Below are positions 9,100-19,160 of a stretch of 54,938 bases of DNA, in pieces. The DNA is taken from positions 1-54,938 of the forward strand of contig JBEBGD010000028.1 in the NCBI GenBank assembly GCA_040081625.1, written 5' to 3'. The stretch comes from Chthoniobacteraceae bacterium (GTDB lineage: Bacteria; Verrucomicrobiota; Verrucomicrobiia; Chthoniobacterales; Chthoniobacteraceae). The translations under genes and the position numbers were made by a program. Position 1 is the stretch's first letter, and every line of letters starts with the position of its first letter. Below the pieces are notes generated by a model, which searched no databases, was not told the origin of the DNA, and saw only the letters and a program-made list of their open reading frames with translations.

Positions 9100-10332
9100 A
9101 TGGCGAACACGAACGACGATCAACCGGCATCTTCCGCAGCAGAAGGCGCCGCACCGCAGACCGGCTTCACCCTGACTCAGGAGCCGATCATCGGCATTGA
9201 AATCGGGGTCGCGAAATACGAAGTCGCGCCCGAACCCGCCGTCGCGCCGGCGCCCGTCGATGAACAGGACGAACTGCCCGCGACCTACAACTACGACACG
9301 CTTTTCCTCACCGCGCGCGATCCGCGCTGGCTGTTCTGCTACTGGGATTTCGACTGGTCGAAGATCCCGTCCGGCGCCTTCCGCTACGGCGCGCCGATGT
9401 TCTTCCTGAAGATCACGCGCACCAGCGGCGCCGGGGAGGCGACGATTGAGATCAAGCCCGAAGCGCGCAATTGGTATGTGCCAGTAAGCTCGCCCGCGAC
9501 GAGCTATTTCGCGGAGCTCGGCTTTTACAACAACGAAGGCAGCTTCGTGAGCTGCGTGCGCTCGGGCACGGCCACGACGCCGGCCGAGTCGCTCGCCGAG
9601 GGATCGGAGCCCGTCCAGTTCGCCACCGCGCCCGCGACGCTGAGCTTCGAGCAGATGCTCGACCTCGTGAGATCGCAGATGAGCGAAGGCGAAACGCTGC
9701 TCGGCGCCGTGGCCCGCATCACCGGCCAGGGCACGATCGCTTTTCGCAGCGGCCTCGCGCCGACGTGGAGCGATGAGCAGCGCCGCATCCTCGCCGCGCT
9801 GCTCGGCAGCTCGCTCGTCGATCGCGCGGGTCTCGGCTCCGCGGAGCTCGACGAATTGATCCGCAAGTCTCTCTCGGAACGTCTCCACAGCGAAAACGCC
9901 AGCGGCCTCGGCGCCGTGTGGCAGCGCGCGCTCGGCTACGGCGGCGAGAGCAGCCTCTTCAGCGGCTTCGGCGCGTGGAGCGGCGTCACGAGCTGGGGCG
10001 CAAGCTGGAGCGCGCAGCCCTTCGGCGCGCGCGTCGAGCGCGGCTTCTTCATGCACGTGAATGCCGAGATCATCTTCTACGGCGGCACGCATCCCGACGC
10101 GACCGTGTGGATCGACGGCAAGCAGGTGCGGCTCAATCCCGACGGCACCTTCCGCTACCACACGCGGCTGCCCGATGGCGACTGGCGCATTCCGGTCGTC
10201 GCGCAATCGCCCGACAAGATCGAGCAGCGCAGCGCGACGCTCAGCTTCAAGCGCGGCACACAGCGCACGGGCGAAGTCGGCGCGACCGCGCAGCCGCAGG
10301 AGCTGGCTTCCGAGCCGATGGGCCGGAAGTAA
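9100..10332 (+). CDS. DUF4912 domain protein
   Basis: 'ELPATY...LFLTARDPRWLFCYWDF', 'ARNWYV', 'Y.AELG', and C-terminal 'FFMHVNAEIIFYGGTHPDATV'. Confidence 0.85.
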   Translation: MANTNDDQPASSAAEGAAPQTGFTLTQEPIIGIEIGVAKYEVAPEPAVAPAPVDEQDELPATYNYDTLFLTARDPRWLFCYWDFDWSKIPSGAFRYGAPMFFLKITRTSGAGEATIEIKPEARNWYVPVSSPATSYFAELGFYNNEGSFVSCVRSGTATTPAESLAEGSEPVQFATAPATLSFEQMLDLVRSQMSEGETLLGAVARITGQGTIAFRSGLAPTWSDEQRRILAALLGSSLVDRAGLGSAELDELIRKSLSERLHSENASGLGAVWQRALGYGGESSLFSGFGAWSGVTSWGASWSAQPFGARVERGFFMHVNAEIIFYGGTHPDATVWIDGKQVRLNPDGTFRYHTRLPDGDWRIPVVAQSPDKIEQRSATLSFKRGTQRTGEVGATAQPQELASEPMGRK

Positions 10333-10340
10333 GCGGCGCA

Positions 10341-10369
10341 TTGCCGGGACGCTCACGCGCTGATATTCT
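10341..10369 (+). promoter_or_regulatory. Sigma70-like promoter, 9 nt before the xerC GTG
   Basis: TTGCCG-N17-TATTCT. Confidence 0.55.
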
Positions 10370-10378
10370 CGGCGCACC

Positions 10379-11263
10379 GTGAGCGACCGACTCGCCGACG
10401 CCTTCTTCCGTTACCTCGAAAACGAGCGCCACGTCTCGCCGCGCACGCTGCGGAACTACCGGCACTCGCTCGCCGAATTCCGAAAGCTCACGCCGGAGCC
10501 GGACTGGCCGGCGTTGAACGCGGATCACTTTCGCCGCTTCCTCTTCGAGCTGGGCAAGCGCGGCATCGCGAAGCCGACGCAGCGCCTGCACTTCGCCGCC
10601 CTGCGCACGTTCTACAAATTCCTCGTCGAGCGCCACGGCCTCGCCTCGAACCCGCTCAAGCTCGTGCAACTCCCGAAGCTCGATCGCAAGCTGCCGCTCG
10701 TGCTCACCGCGAAGCAGGTCGTCGAGCTCCTCGACGCGCCGCTGCGCATCGAGAAGCAAAGGCAGGCGCCCACATGGATGCCGTTTCGCGATGCGGCGAT
10801 GCTCGAACTCTTCTACTCGAGCGGCCTTCGCCTAGCGGAACTCGTCGCGCTCGACGTGCCGGACATCGACGTCTTCACCGAGACCGTGCGCGTGCTCGGC
10901 AAGGGCCGCAAAGAACGCGTCGTGCCCGTCGGCAAGCCCGCGCTCGACGCGATCCAGCGCTACCGCCAGGCCGCGAAGGTCCACAGCGGCCCGCTCTTCA
11001 TCAGCAAGCTGCGCAGCCGGCTCGATCGCATGAACGTGTGGCTCGCGATCCAGCGTTACCTCCCGCACACGAGCATCCCGGTGAAGGTGACGCCGCACAA
11101 ATTACGGCACAGCTTCGCGACACACCTGCTCGATGCCGGCGCCGACCTGCGCGCCGTGCAGGCGCTGCTCGGCCACGCGAGCCTCTCGACCACGCAGATC
11201 TACACGCACGTGAGCGTCGAGCGGCTCAAGCGCGCCTACGACGACGCGCACCCGCGGGCCTAG
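10379..11263 (+). CDS. xerC: Tyrosine recombinase XerC
   Basis: YSSGLRLAEL, GKGRKER, TPHKLRHSFATH, LLGHASLSTTQIYTH, YDDAHPRA. Confidence 0.88.
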   Translation: MSDRLADAFFRYLENERHVSPRTLRNYRHSLAEFRKLTPEPDWPALNADHFRRFLFELGKRGIAKPTQRLHFAALRTFYKFLVERHGLASNPLKLVQLPKLDRKLPLVLTAKQVVELLDAPLRIEKQRQAPTWMPFRDAAMLELFYSSGLRLAELVALDVPDIDVFTETVRVLGKGRKERVVPVGKPALDAIQRYRQAAKVHSGPLFISKLRSRLDRMNVWLAIQRYLPHTSIPVKVTPHKLRHSFATHLLDAGADLRAVQALLGHASLSTTQIYTHVSVERLKRAYDDAHPRA

Positions 11264-13092
11264 GCGAGCAGTGCGTCGAGCTCGTCCACGCGCTTCGCGA
11301 AATGCCGCAGCGCGCTCTCGATCGGCGCGGGCGTGGACATATCGACGCCCGCTTTCTGCAACGTCGGGATGGGAAACTCGCTGCCGCCCGACTTGAGGAA
11401 TCCGAGGTAATTGGTCGCGTCGCCGGTCGCCTGCACCTGCTCGGCGAGTGCGATCGCGGCGCTGATGCCGGTCGAGTATTTATAAACGTAGAAGGCGAAG
11501 TAGAAGTGCGGGATGCGCAGGCATTCGAGGTCGAGCTCCTCGTCGATCGTGAAGCCGGGGCCAAAGTAATCGGCGAGCAACCCACGATAGACCGTGCGGA
11601 AGACGTCGAGCGTGAGTGGCTCGCCGCGCTCCTCCATCTCGTGCGTGATTTTCTCGAACTCCGCGAACATCGTCTGCCGGAAGATCGTCCCGCGGATGTC
11701 GTCGATCTCGCGGCTGATGATGTAGGCGCGGAACTTCGGATCGTCGGTCGTCTTGAGCAGATGATCGGTGAGCAGGCACTCATTAAACGTGCTCGCGACC
11801 TCCGCGGTGAAGATCGGATAATCGTAGGTCTGAAAGGGCTGATGCCGCGCGGAGTGCCACGAGTGCATCGAGTGGCCGACCTCGTGCGCGAGCGTGTAGA
11901 TGTCGCCGAGGACGTCGTCCTTGTAGTTCATCAGCAGGTAGGGTGGATTCGCGAAGGTGCCGCTCGAAAACGCGCCGCTGCGCTTGCCCTTGTTTTCGTA
12001 GCGATCGCACCAGCGGTGCTTGCGCAGGCCGTCGCCGAGCGCGCGCACGTATTCCTCGCCGAGTGGCGCGAGACTCGTGAGCACGAGGTCGGTCGCCTCG
12101 TCGAAGCTCGTCGTCTTTTGGAAATCGGGGACCAACGGGACGAAGAGGTCGTATTGGTGAAGCGTGTCGAGCTTCAGCACGCGCTTGCGCAGTTCGAGGT
12201 AGCGGAAGAGCGGCGCGAAGTTCGCGCGCACCGTGGAGATCAGGTTGTCATAGACGGCCACGGGCACGTCGTCGCGGAAGAGCGCCGCTTCGCGCGCGCT
12301 CGGGTAGTGCCGCGCGCGCGCCTGAAAGACGTCGCCCTTGATCGAGTGCGCGAGCGTCGAGGCGAGCGTGAATTTGTGCGCCTCGAACTCCGCGTAGAAC
12401 TGCTTGAACGTGCGCTGCCGCACGTCCGCATCGGGTCGCATGAGCAGCGACATCCAGGAGTTCTGGCTCAGTGCGATCGTCTGCCCGCGGTCGTCTTCGA
12501 TCGATCCGAAGCGCATATCCACATCCATGAGCTGCCCCGACGCGTCGTCGAAGCCGCTGAGGACGGCGCCCGCGAGAGCCATGATCCGCTCCTCCGCCGT
12601 GCCGAGCGTGTGCGGCTTGAGCCGGCGCAGTTTTTGCAAAGGGATCAGCCAGTCCGCGAGGCACGGGTCCGCGAGGAAGCGCGCGAAGGTCGCGTCGTCG
12701 ATCGCCTGGATTTCCGGCCCGAGCCACGAGCACGCCTCGCTCACGCGCGTGAGCAGCGATGCGAGTTGCGCGCTGCGCGCGAGATTCTCGGCGTCCGACG
12801 CGTCCTCGGATTGCCGCAGCGAGGCATACACGCTGAGGTTCTCGATCGAGAGATCGAGCGCCTTTTCAAAATCGAGCACCTCGCGCAGCGTCGCCGCGGA
12901 TTCCCCCGCGCGCCCCTTCCAATGCGCGATCTTCTCAAACTCCCCGGCGAGCATCGCGACCCCCGCCTGCCAGTCCGCCGGCACGGAGAAAATCGGGGTG
13001 AGATCCCATGTATCGTCGGGCTTCACCGCATCGCGCGTCTGGATCGTGGCGGGAGTGGAAGTGGCGTCGTCTTTGTCGCGGGCAGGCTGCAT
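11260..13092 (-). CDS. pepF: Oligoendopeptidase F (M3B)
   Basis: TWDLTPIF, NKGKRSGAFS, HEVGHSMH, AEVAST, RIPHFY..FYVYKY. Start taken at MQPARD. Confidence 0.94.
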   Translation of the reverse strand: MQPARDKDDATSTPATIQTRDAVKPDDTWDLTPIFSVPADWQAGVAMLAGEFEKIAHWKGRAGESAATLREVLDFEKALDLSIENLSVYASLRQSEDASDAENLARSAQLASLLTRVSEACSWLGPEIQAIDDATFARFLADPCLADWLIPLQKLRRLKPHTLGTAEERIMALAGAVLSGFDDASGQLMDVDMRFGSIEDDRGQTIALSQNSWMSLLMRPDADVRQRTFKQFYAEFEAHKFTLASTLAHSIKGDVFQARARHYPSAREAALFRDDVPVAVYDNLISTVRANFAPLFRYLELRKRVLKLDTLHQYDLFVPLVPDFQKTTSFDEATDLVLTSLAPLGEEYVRALGDGLRKHRWCDRYENKGKRSGAFSSGTFANPPYLLMNYKDDVLGDIYTLAHEVGHSMHSWHSARHQPFQTYDYPIFTAEVASTFNECLLTDHLLKTTDDPKFRAYIISREIDDIRGTIFRQTMFAEFEKITHEMEERGEPLTLDVFRTVYRGLLADYFGPGFTIDEELDLECLRIPHFYFAFYVYKYSTGISAAIALAEQVQATGDATNYLGFLKSGGSEFPIPTLQKAGVDMSTPAPIESALRHFAKRVDELDALLA

Positions 13093-13310
13093 ATAGGTGT
13101 TCACCTTAGCCCGCCGCGAACAGCCCGCGCAAGCGCGGCACGCACCGTGTGGCATCGGGAACTCCAGGCAGCGATGAGGTCGCCGCACGTGCATCGACGA
13201 GAGGCGCGATACGGCAGAATGAAAAAGCCACGGACAGGGATGGGTCGGCTTGTGGCGGGTCGGCTGATCCTCGTTTGTAGCTCAACGGGATGGGCCGGGA
13301 CGGTGTCCGA

Positions 13311-13622
13311 TCAGCGAATCGAATAAAGAGGGCGGTTGCCGGGCGGCGACGGAGCAACCGGAAGAGCGCCCTCGGCCTGACCGGCTGGCAGGCCACGCTG
13401 CATCGGAACTTCGTAACGCGGCAACGAATGAACGATCTGGCCTGTCAGCGGGCGAACAAGCTGGCCTGGCAGCGATCGAACCACTTCCCCCGGCAGCGAC
13501 AGAACCAACTGCCTCAACTCCGCACCGCGCAAGTCAGGCGTGCCGACTTTATCTTCACCTCCTCGTGCGGTTGACCAGGTGAGGGTCAGAATCACGATGC
13601 AGGAATATTGGGAGAGCGTCAT
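13311..13622 (-). CDS. Small putative secreted protein with 8-aa tandem repeats
   Basis: Hydrophobic N-terminus ending TARG, then LPGEVVRS/LPGQLVRP/LTGQIVHS/LPRYEV repeats. Lies in a lower-GC gap. Confidence 0.45.
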   Translation of the reverse strand: MTLSQYSCIVILTLTWSTARGGEDKVGTPDLRGAELRQLVLSLPGEVVRSLPGQLVRPLTGQIVHSLPRYEVPMQRGLPAGQAEGALPVAPSPPGNRPLYSIR

Positions 13623-13874
13623 AAAAATGTAGCGGCTAGTGGTTTTGGAGAACGCGACTCAGGCAGCAAAAGTGAGCGGGTTTTTCTGATTACTGTCGAG
13701 CGGAAATTCGCCTGCGGAATGATCGAGTTAATCCTCTGTGGCGGGGAGCGCTGTTCGCCCGGGATGACAGAAGGGAGCTCGAGTGCGCACGATTGTGCAA
13801 AGGCGCACACTTTTCGATAGATGGCCTTTCTAATAGGGCGTGCGACGGAAGGGTTTCCCACAGCACTGCCTTTC

Positions 13875-16826
13875 ATGCGAATCGCGTTTGCCCTCACCCT
13901 CATCACCAGCGCCAGCCTGCTCCGGGCGGGCGCAGTGGACTTCGCCCGCGATATCCAGCCGCTCTTTGCGGAGTATTGCTTCGAGTGTCACGGGCCGGAC
14001 AAGGCCAAGGGCGGGCTCGTGCTGACCAGTCGCGACGCGGTGCTCAAGGAACTCGAGAGCGGGGATCACGCGGTGGTGCCGGGGAATCTCGAACAGAGCA
14101 CGCTGATCACGCGGCTGTTTTCGACCGACGCGGATGAGATGATGCCGCCGAAGAAGAAGGAGAAGCGGCCGAAGCCGGCGGAGATCGAGTTGATCAAGAA
14201 GTGGATCGCGAGCGGCGCGGAGTGGAGCGTGCATTGGGCGTATCGGCCGATCGTGAAGCCGAAGACCACTTCGAGCATCGACGCCTTCGTGCGCGCGACG
14301 CTCGCGGAGAAGAAGATCGCACCTTCGCCGGAGGCGGATCGCCACACGCTCATCAAGCGCGTGTTTTACGACCTGCTCGGGCTGCCGCCGACGCCGGAGG
14401 AAGTGGATGCGTTCGTGAACGACAAGTCGCCCGATGCCTACGCGAAGCTCGTGGAGCGCGCGCTCGCTTCGCCGCACTTCGGCGAGCGCTGGGGGCGGCA
14501 CTGGCTCGACCGCGCGCGCTATGCCGACAGCGACGGCTACGAGAAGGACAAGGCGCGCCCCGACGCGTGGCGGTATCGCGATTGGGTGATCGAGGCGGTG
14601 AATCGCGACATGCCGTTCGATCAATTCAGCATCGAGCAGCTTGCCGGCGATCTGCTGCCGAACCCGACGCCCGAGCAGATCCTCGCGACCGCTTTCCACC
14701 GCCAGACGCTCACGAACACCGAGGGCGGCGTGGACCAGGAGCAGTTCCGAAATGAAGCGGTCTTCGATCGGACCGAGACGACCGGTAGCGTGTGGCTCGC
14801 GCACACCGTCGGCTGCGCGCGCTGCCACAATCACAAATACGACCAGATCTCGCAGGCGGAGTATTACCGGATGTTCGCGTTCTTTAATAATGCTGCCGAG
14901 ACCAACGCGAAGGTCGGCGTCTCGGCGGCGGAACTGGCTGCATTCGAGAAGAAGAATGCAGCGCACGCGGCGAAGCTTCGCGCATTGCAGGCGAAGCTCG
15001 CGAAGGCGCGCGCGCCGCTCTTCGACAAGTTGCTCGACTGGGAGAAGGAAACCAACGCGCGGCTCGTCGCCGTCGGCGCGAACAAGCCGGACCCCGAGCC
15101 GCTCGCGCTCGAATCGGTGACGAGCGACGGCGGCACAAAGTGGCTGGTGCGCGAGGATCATTCCGCGACGGCCAACAGCGCCGGGAAGGACAAGGAGAAT
15201 TACACGGTCGTCGCCACGCTGCCTGCGGCGCAGATCAGCGCGCTGCGGCTCGACGTGCTCGCCGACACGCTACTGCCCGGCCAGGGGCCGGGGCGCAGCC
15301 CGAACGGAAACTTCGTGCTCTCCGAGATCGAAGTGCGCACCGATGCCGGGCCGGTCGAACTGCACTCGCCGGGCGCGGACTTCAGCCAGAAAGGCTTCCT
15401 CGTCGCCGCGGCGATCGATGGCAAACCCGAGACGGGCTGGGGTGTCGGCGGTGGAGTCGGGAAATCGCACGACGCGACGTTCCGCTTCGTGCGCCCGATC
15501 GATGGAGCAAAGACGCCGCGCATCACCGTGACGCTCTCGCATCAATACGGGAAGGAGCACGCGATCGGCCGGTTTCGGCTCGTGGGTCTCGAAGGCGAAA
15601 CGAGCGAGAGCATCGTGCCCGCGGAATTGAAACGCCTGCTCGCCATCGGCTCGGAGAAATGGACCAATGAGAGCAAGGATCAGATCGTCGATTGGCTCGT
15701 GAAACTCGATCCCGCTGCGTCGGCTGCTGCGGATGCGCTCGAGGCTGCGGAGGAGAGCGGGCCGAAGCCGCCGCTCATGGACGTGCGCGTGCTCGCGCAG
15801 CGCCGCGTCCCGCGCAAGACGCACGTTTTTCATCGCGGCGAATTCCTCTCGCCCGCCGAACTCGTGCGACCGGGAACGCCTGCGATCCTGCCGCCGATCA
15901 AGGGACGCAATGGAGAACCCGACCGGCTCGACTTCGCGCACTGGCTTGTGAGCCGCGACAACCCGCTCACCGCGCGCGTGATCGTGAATCAATTCTGGAT
16001 GCACCTTTTCGGCGAAGGGCTGGTCCGCACGCCGGCGGATTTCGGCGTGCGCGGCGACAGGCCCACGCACGCCGAACTGCTCGACTGGCTCGCGAGCGAG
16101 TTCGTGGCGAAGGGCTGGAGCCGCAAGCAGCTCATTCGGATCATCATGACTTCGGCGACGTATCGCCAGCGCTCCGACACGCGGGCCGACCTGAACGACC
16201 TCGACCCGCGCAACACACTCCTCGCGCGGCAGAACCGGCTGCGCGTCGAAGGCGAAGTCGTGCGCGACCTGCACCTCGCCGCGGGGGGACTGCTCTCGCG
16301 GAAGATCGGCGGCCCGAGCGTCTTTCCGCCGCAGCCGCCGGAGATCGCGGCGCTCAGCTACGCGGGCAATTTCAAATGGACCGACAGCAAAGGCGATGAC
16401 CGCTACCGGCGCGGGATGTATACCTTCTTCAAGCGCACCGCGCCGTATCCGGACCTGATGACCTTCGACTGCCCGGACGCGAACACCGCGAACATCCGCC
16501 GCACCGTATCCAACACGCCGCTGCAAGCGCTCACGACGCTCAATGCCGACACGTTCAATGAAGCCGCCCGCGCGCTCGCGGCTCGCGCATTGAAGGCCGG
16601 AGGCGACGACAACGCGCGCCTCTCTTGCGCATTCCAGCTTTGCCTCGTGCGTGCGCCGCGCTCGGAGGAGTCCGCGGCGCTGCTCGGCCTGCTCAACGAC
16701 GCCCGCGCCTACTACGCCACGCACGCCGACGACGCGAAGAAGATGGGCGGCGACATCGAGACGGCGGCATGGACCGGGGTGACGCGGATCATCCTGAACA
16801 CCGACGAATTCATCACCCGCGAATGA
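13875..16826 (+). CDS. PSCyt1 / DUF1549 (PSCyt2) / DUF1553 (PSD1) planctomycete-type cytochrome c protein
   Basis: Signal peptide, CFECH and CARCH heme motifs, 'HWAY', 'GERWGRHWLD.ARYADSDG', 'NPLTARVIVN', 'TPLQAL'. Confidence 0.95.
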   Translation: MRIAFALTLITSASLLRAGAVDFARDIQPLFAEYCFECHGPDKAKGGLVLTSRDAVLKELESGDHAVVPGNLEQSTLITRLFSTDADEMMPPKKKEKRPKPAEIELIKKWIASGAEWSVHWAYRPIVKPKTTSSIDAFVRATLAEKKIAPSPEADRHTLIKRVFYDLLGLPPTPEEVDAFVNDKSPDAYAKLVERALASPHFGERWGRHWLDRARYADSDGYEKDKARPDAWRYRDWVIEAVNRDMPFDQFSIEQLAGDLLPNPTPEQILATAFHRQTLTNTEGGVDQEQFRNEAVFDRTETTGSVWLAHTVGCARCHNHKYDQISQAEYYRMFAFFNNAAETNAKVGVSAAELAAFEKKNAAHAAKLRALQAKLAKARAPLFDKLLDWEKETNARLVAVGANKPDPEPLALESVTSDGGTKWLVREDHSATANSAGKDKENYTVVATLPAAQISALRLDVLADTLLPGQGPGRSPNGNFVLSEIEVRTDAGPVELHSPGADFSQKGFLVAAAIDGKPETGWGVGGGVGKSHDATFRFVRPIDGAKTPRITVTLSHQYGKEHAIGRFRLVGLEGETSESIVPAELKRLLAIGSEKWTNESKDQIVDWLVKLDPAASAAADALEAAEESGPKPPLMDVRVLAQRRVPRKTHVFHRGEFLSPAELVRPGTPAILPPIKGRNGEPDRLDFAHWLVSRDNPLTARVIVNQFWMHLFGEGLVRTPADFGVRGDRPTHAELLDWLASEFVAKGWSRKQLIRIIMTSATYRQRSDTRADLNDLDPRNTLLARQNRLRVEGEVVRDLHLAAGGLLSRKIGGPSVFPPQPPEIAALSYAGNFKWTDSKGDDRYRRGMYTFFKRTAPYPDLMTFDCPDANTANIRRTVSNTPLQALTTLNADTFNEAARALAARALKAGGDDNARLSCAFQLCLVRAPRSEESAALLGLLNDARAYYATHADDAKKMGGDIETAAWTGVTRIILNTDEFITRE

Positions 16827-16830
16827 CGCC

Positions 16831-18306
16831 ATGAATCCTCTCGAACAAACCATCCACCTCGCGCGCCGCGAATTCCTAACCACCACCGCGAACGGCATCG
16901 GCATGTTGGCGCTCGGCTCGATGCTCAATGACGACGGGCTGTTCGCATCGCTCGCACCCGCCGACCCGCTCGAAGCGAAGCCCACGCACTTCCCGCCGCG
17001 CGCGAAGAACTGCATCTTCATCTTCATGGAGGGCGCGCCGAGCCAGCTCGACCTCTACGATCCGAAGCCGAAGCTCAACGAGCTGAACGGCCAGCCGCTG
17101 CCGGAGTCGATGACGAAGAACGTGCGCTTCGCGTTCATCAAAAAGGAGTCGGCAGTGCTGATGGGCTCGAAGCGGCAGTTCGCGAAGCACGGGCAAAGCG
17201 GGATGGTTTTCAGCGACTTGCTGCCGCATCTCGCCACGTGCGCGGATGACCTCGTGCAGATCCGCTCGATGCACACGGATCAATTCAATCATCACCCCGC
17301 GCAGCTCGTGCTCGCCTGCGGGCGCGCGACCTTTGGCCTTCCGACGATGGGCTCGTGGCTGACCTACGGACTCGGCAGCGAATCGCGCAGCCTGCCCGGC
17401 TATGTCGTGCTCACTGCGGGCCGAGGCGGCAGTGCGGGTGCGTCGATGTGGCAGTCAGGCTTTTTGCCGAGCGTGTATGCGGGCGTGCTTTTCCGAAACC
17501 AGGGCGACCCCGTTTTGAACCTGCGCAATCCCGACGGCCTGCCCGCCGAACTGCAACGCAAGGGCCTCGACGTGCTCGCGCAGCTCAACCAGCAGCGCTT
17601 CGGCGAAGCGCGCGACCCGGAGATCGCATCGCGAATCGCGGCCTACGAACTCGCCTTCCGCATGCAGAGCGCGGCGCCGGAACTCATCGACCTTTCCGAC
17701 GAGAAGCCCGGGACGCTCGCCGCGTATGGCGTCGCGCGTGAGGACGCGGATATCAAGGCCACGCGCGGCGGCGGCCCCGGCCAATACAAGAACTACGCGC
17801 TCAACTGCCTGCTCGCGCGCCGGCTCGTCGAGCGCGGCGTGCGCTTCGTGAACGTGATCCACGCGTCGTGGGATCATCACTCGAACCTCGACAACGAACT
17901 TGCCTACAACGCGGGCATGGCCGACCAGCCGATCGCCGCGCTCATCAAGGATCTCAAGCAGCGCGGTCTGCTCGACGAGACGCTCGTCGTCGTCGCGGGT
18001 GAATTCGGCCGCACGCCGCTCGGCGAGAACCGCGGCGGCAACAAGAACGCCACGGGCCGCGATCATCATCCGTCCGCGTTCACGATCCTCGCCGCGGGTG
18101 GTGGACTCAAAGGCGGGCTCACGTATGGCGAGACTGACGAACTCGGCTGGGGCGTCACGCGCGATCCGGTTCACATGAACGATTTCCACGCCACGATGCT
18201 GCACCTCTTCGGCATGGACCATCTGCGACTCACGCATCGTTTCCAGGGTCGCGACTTCCGACTCACGGACGTGGCAGGGAAAGTGATCAAGCCCTGGCTG
18301 GCGTGA
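16831..18306 (+). CDS. DUF1501 protein with Tat-like signal
   Basis: RREFL, 'FMEGAPSQLDLYDPKP', 'CLLARRLVERGVRFV', 'WDHH', 'GEFGRTP', 'GRDHHP'. Confidence 0.95.
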   Translation: MNPLEQTIHLARREFLTTTANGIGMLALGSMLNDDGLFASLAPADPLEAKPTHFPPRAKNCIFIFMEGAPSQLDLYDPKPKLNELNGQPLPESMTKNVRFAFIKKESAVLMGSKRQFAKHGQSGMVFSDLLPHLATCADDLVQIRSMHTDQFNHHPAQLVLACGRATFGLPTMGSWLTYGLGSESRSLPGYVVLTAGRGGSAGASMWQSGFLPSVYAGVLFRNQGDPVLNLRNPDGLPAELQRKGLDVLAQLNQQRFGEARDPEIASRIAAYELAFRMQSAAPELIDLSDEKPGTLAAYGVAREDADIKATRGGGPGQYKNYALNCLLARRLVERGVRFVNVIHASWDHHSNLDNELAYNAGMADQPIAALIKDLKQRGLLDETLVVVAGEFGRTPLGENRGGNKNATGRDHHPSAFTILAAGGGLKGGLTYGETDELGWGVTRDPVHMNDFHATMLHLFGMDHLRLTHRFQGRDFRLTDVAGKVIKPWLA

Positions 18307-19160
18307 CGACCAAGTCGCGCGAGCGGATCGGACTCGTCGGTCTCGGGTTGATGGGCAGCGCGCTCGCGGAGCGATTTGTCGGCGGTGGATTTCGCGTCGT
18401 CGGTTGGGACATCGTTCCGGCGCGTCGCAAGGCGTTGAAGCGGATCGGCGGTGAGCCGGCGCGCGATGCGGGGGAAGTTTTAACCGCGTGCGAGCGCATC
18501 GTTTTCAGCCTGCCGGGCTACGACGATTCCGCGGCATTGCTCGGCGCTGCGGGCTGGCGCCGGGGGCGGATCGTGCTCGACACTTCGACCGGCGATCCGC
18601 GCAAGGCCGCGGCGATCGGCAAGCGTGTGCGCGGGTATCTCGACGCGACCATCTCCGGCAACAGCGACCAGGTGCGCAGCCGGGAAGTGAGCGTGCTGGC
18701 GGGCGGGACGAAGGCGGCGTTCGTGCGCTGCGCCGATTTGTTCGCGTGCTTCACGGACAAGACGATTCACACCGGCCCGTGCGGCAGCGGCGCGATGATG
18801 AAGCTCATCACGAATCTCGTGCTCGGCCTGAACCGCGCCGTGCTCGCGGAAGGGCTGGCGTTTGCTGAACATGTCGGAGTGGCGCCTCTGCGCGCGCTGG
18901 ACGCGTTGAAAACGAGCCCTGCGTATTCGCGCGCCATGGACGTGAAGGGCGCGAAGATGGTCCGCCGCGATTTCACGCCGCAAGCGCGCCTTGCGCAGCA
19001 TCTGCGCGACGTGCGGTTGATCGTGGAACTCGCTCGTCGCACGCACGCGAAGGTTCCGTTCAGTTCCGTTCACCGGCGCCTGCTCGCCGGGCTCGCTGCG
19101 GCTGGCTTCGGCGACGAGGACAACAGCGCGATCCTCCGCGCCTTCGGCGATGAATGCTGA
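18303..19160 (+). CDS. NAD(P)-dependent oxidoreductase (3-hydroxyisobutyrate/6PGD family)
   Basis: IGLVGLGLMG, 'DATISG', 'GSGAMMKL..N'. Confidence 0.9.
   Translation: MTTKSRERIGLVGLGLMGSALAERFVGGGFRVVGWDIVPARRKALKRIGGEPARDAGEVLTACERIVFSLPGYDDSAALLGAAGWRRGRIVLDTSTGDPRKAAAIGKRVRGYLDATISGNSDQVRSREVSVLAGGTKAAFVRCADLFACFTDKTIHTGPCGSGAMMKLITNLVLGLNRAVLAEGLAFAEHVGVAPLRALDALKTSPAYSRAMDVKGAKMVRRDFTPQARLAQHLRDVRLIVELARRTHAKVPFSSVHRRLLAGLAAAGFGDEDNSAILRAFGDEC

Noticed and set aside
10379..11263. Integrase of a mobile element
   Set aside because: It has XerC-type C-terminal motifs (TTQIYTH...HPRA) and housekeeping neighbours, with no att repeats or dif site seen.
10774..13326. 850-aa plus-strand ORF
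   Set aside because: Antisense shadow of pepF, typical of high-GC3 DNA, with no motifs. The same applies to 3387-4952, 25633-27456, 29357-31186, 47820-49553 and similar ORFs.
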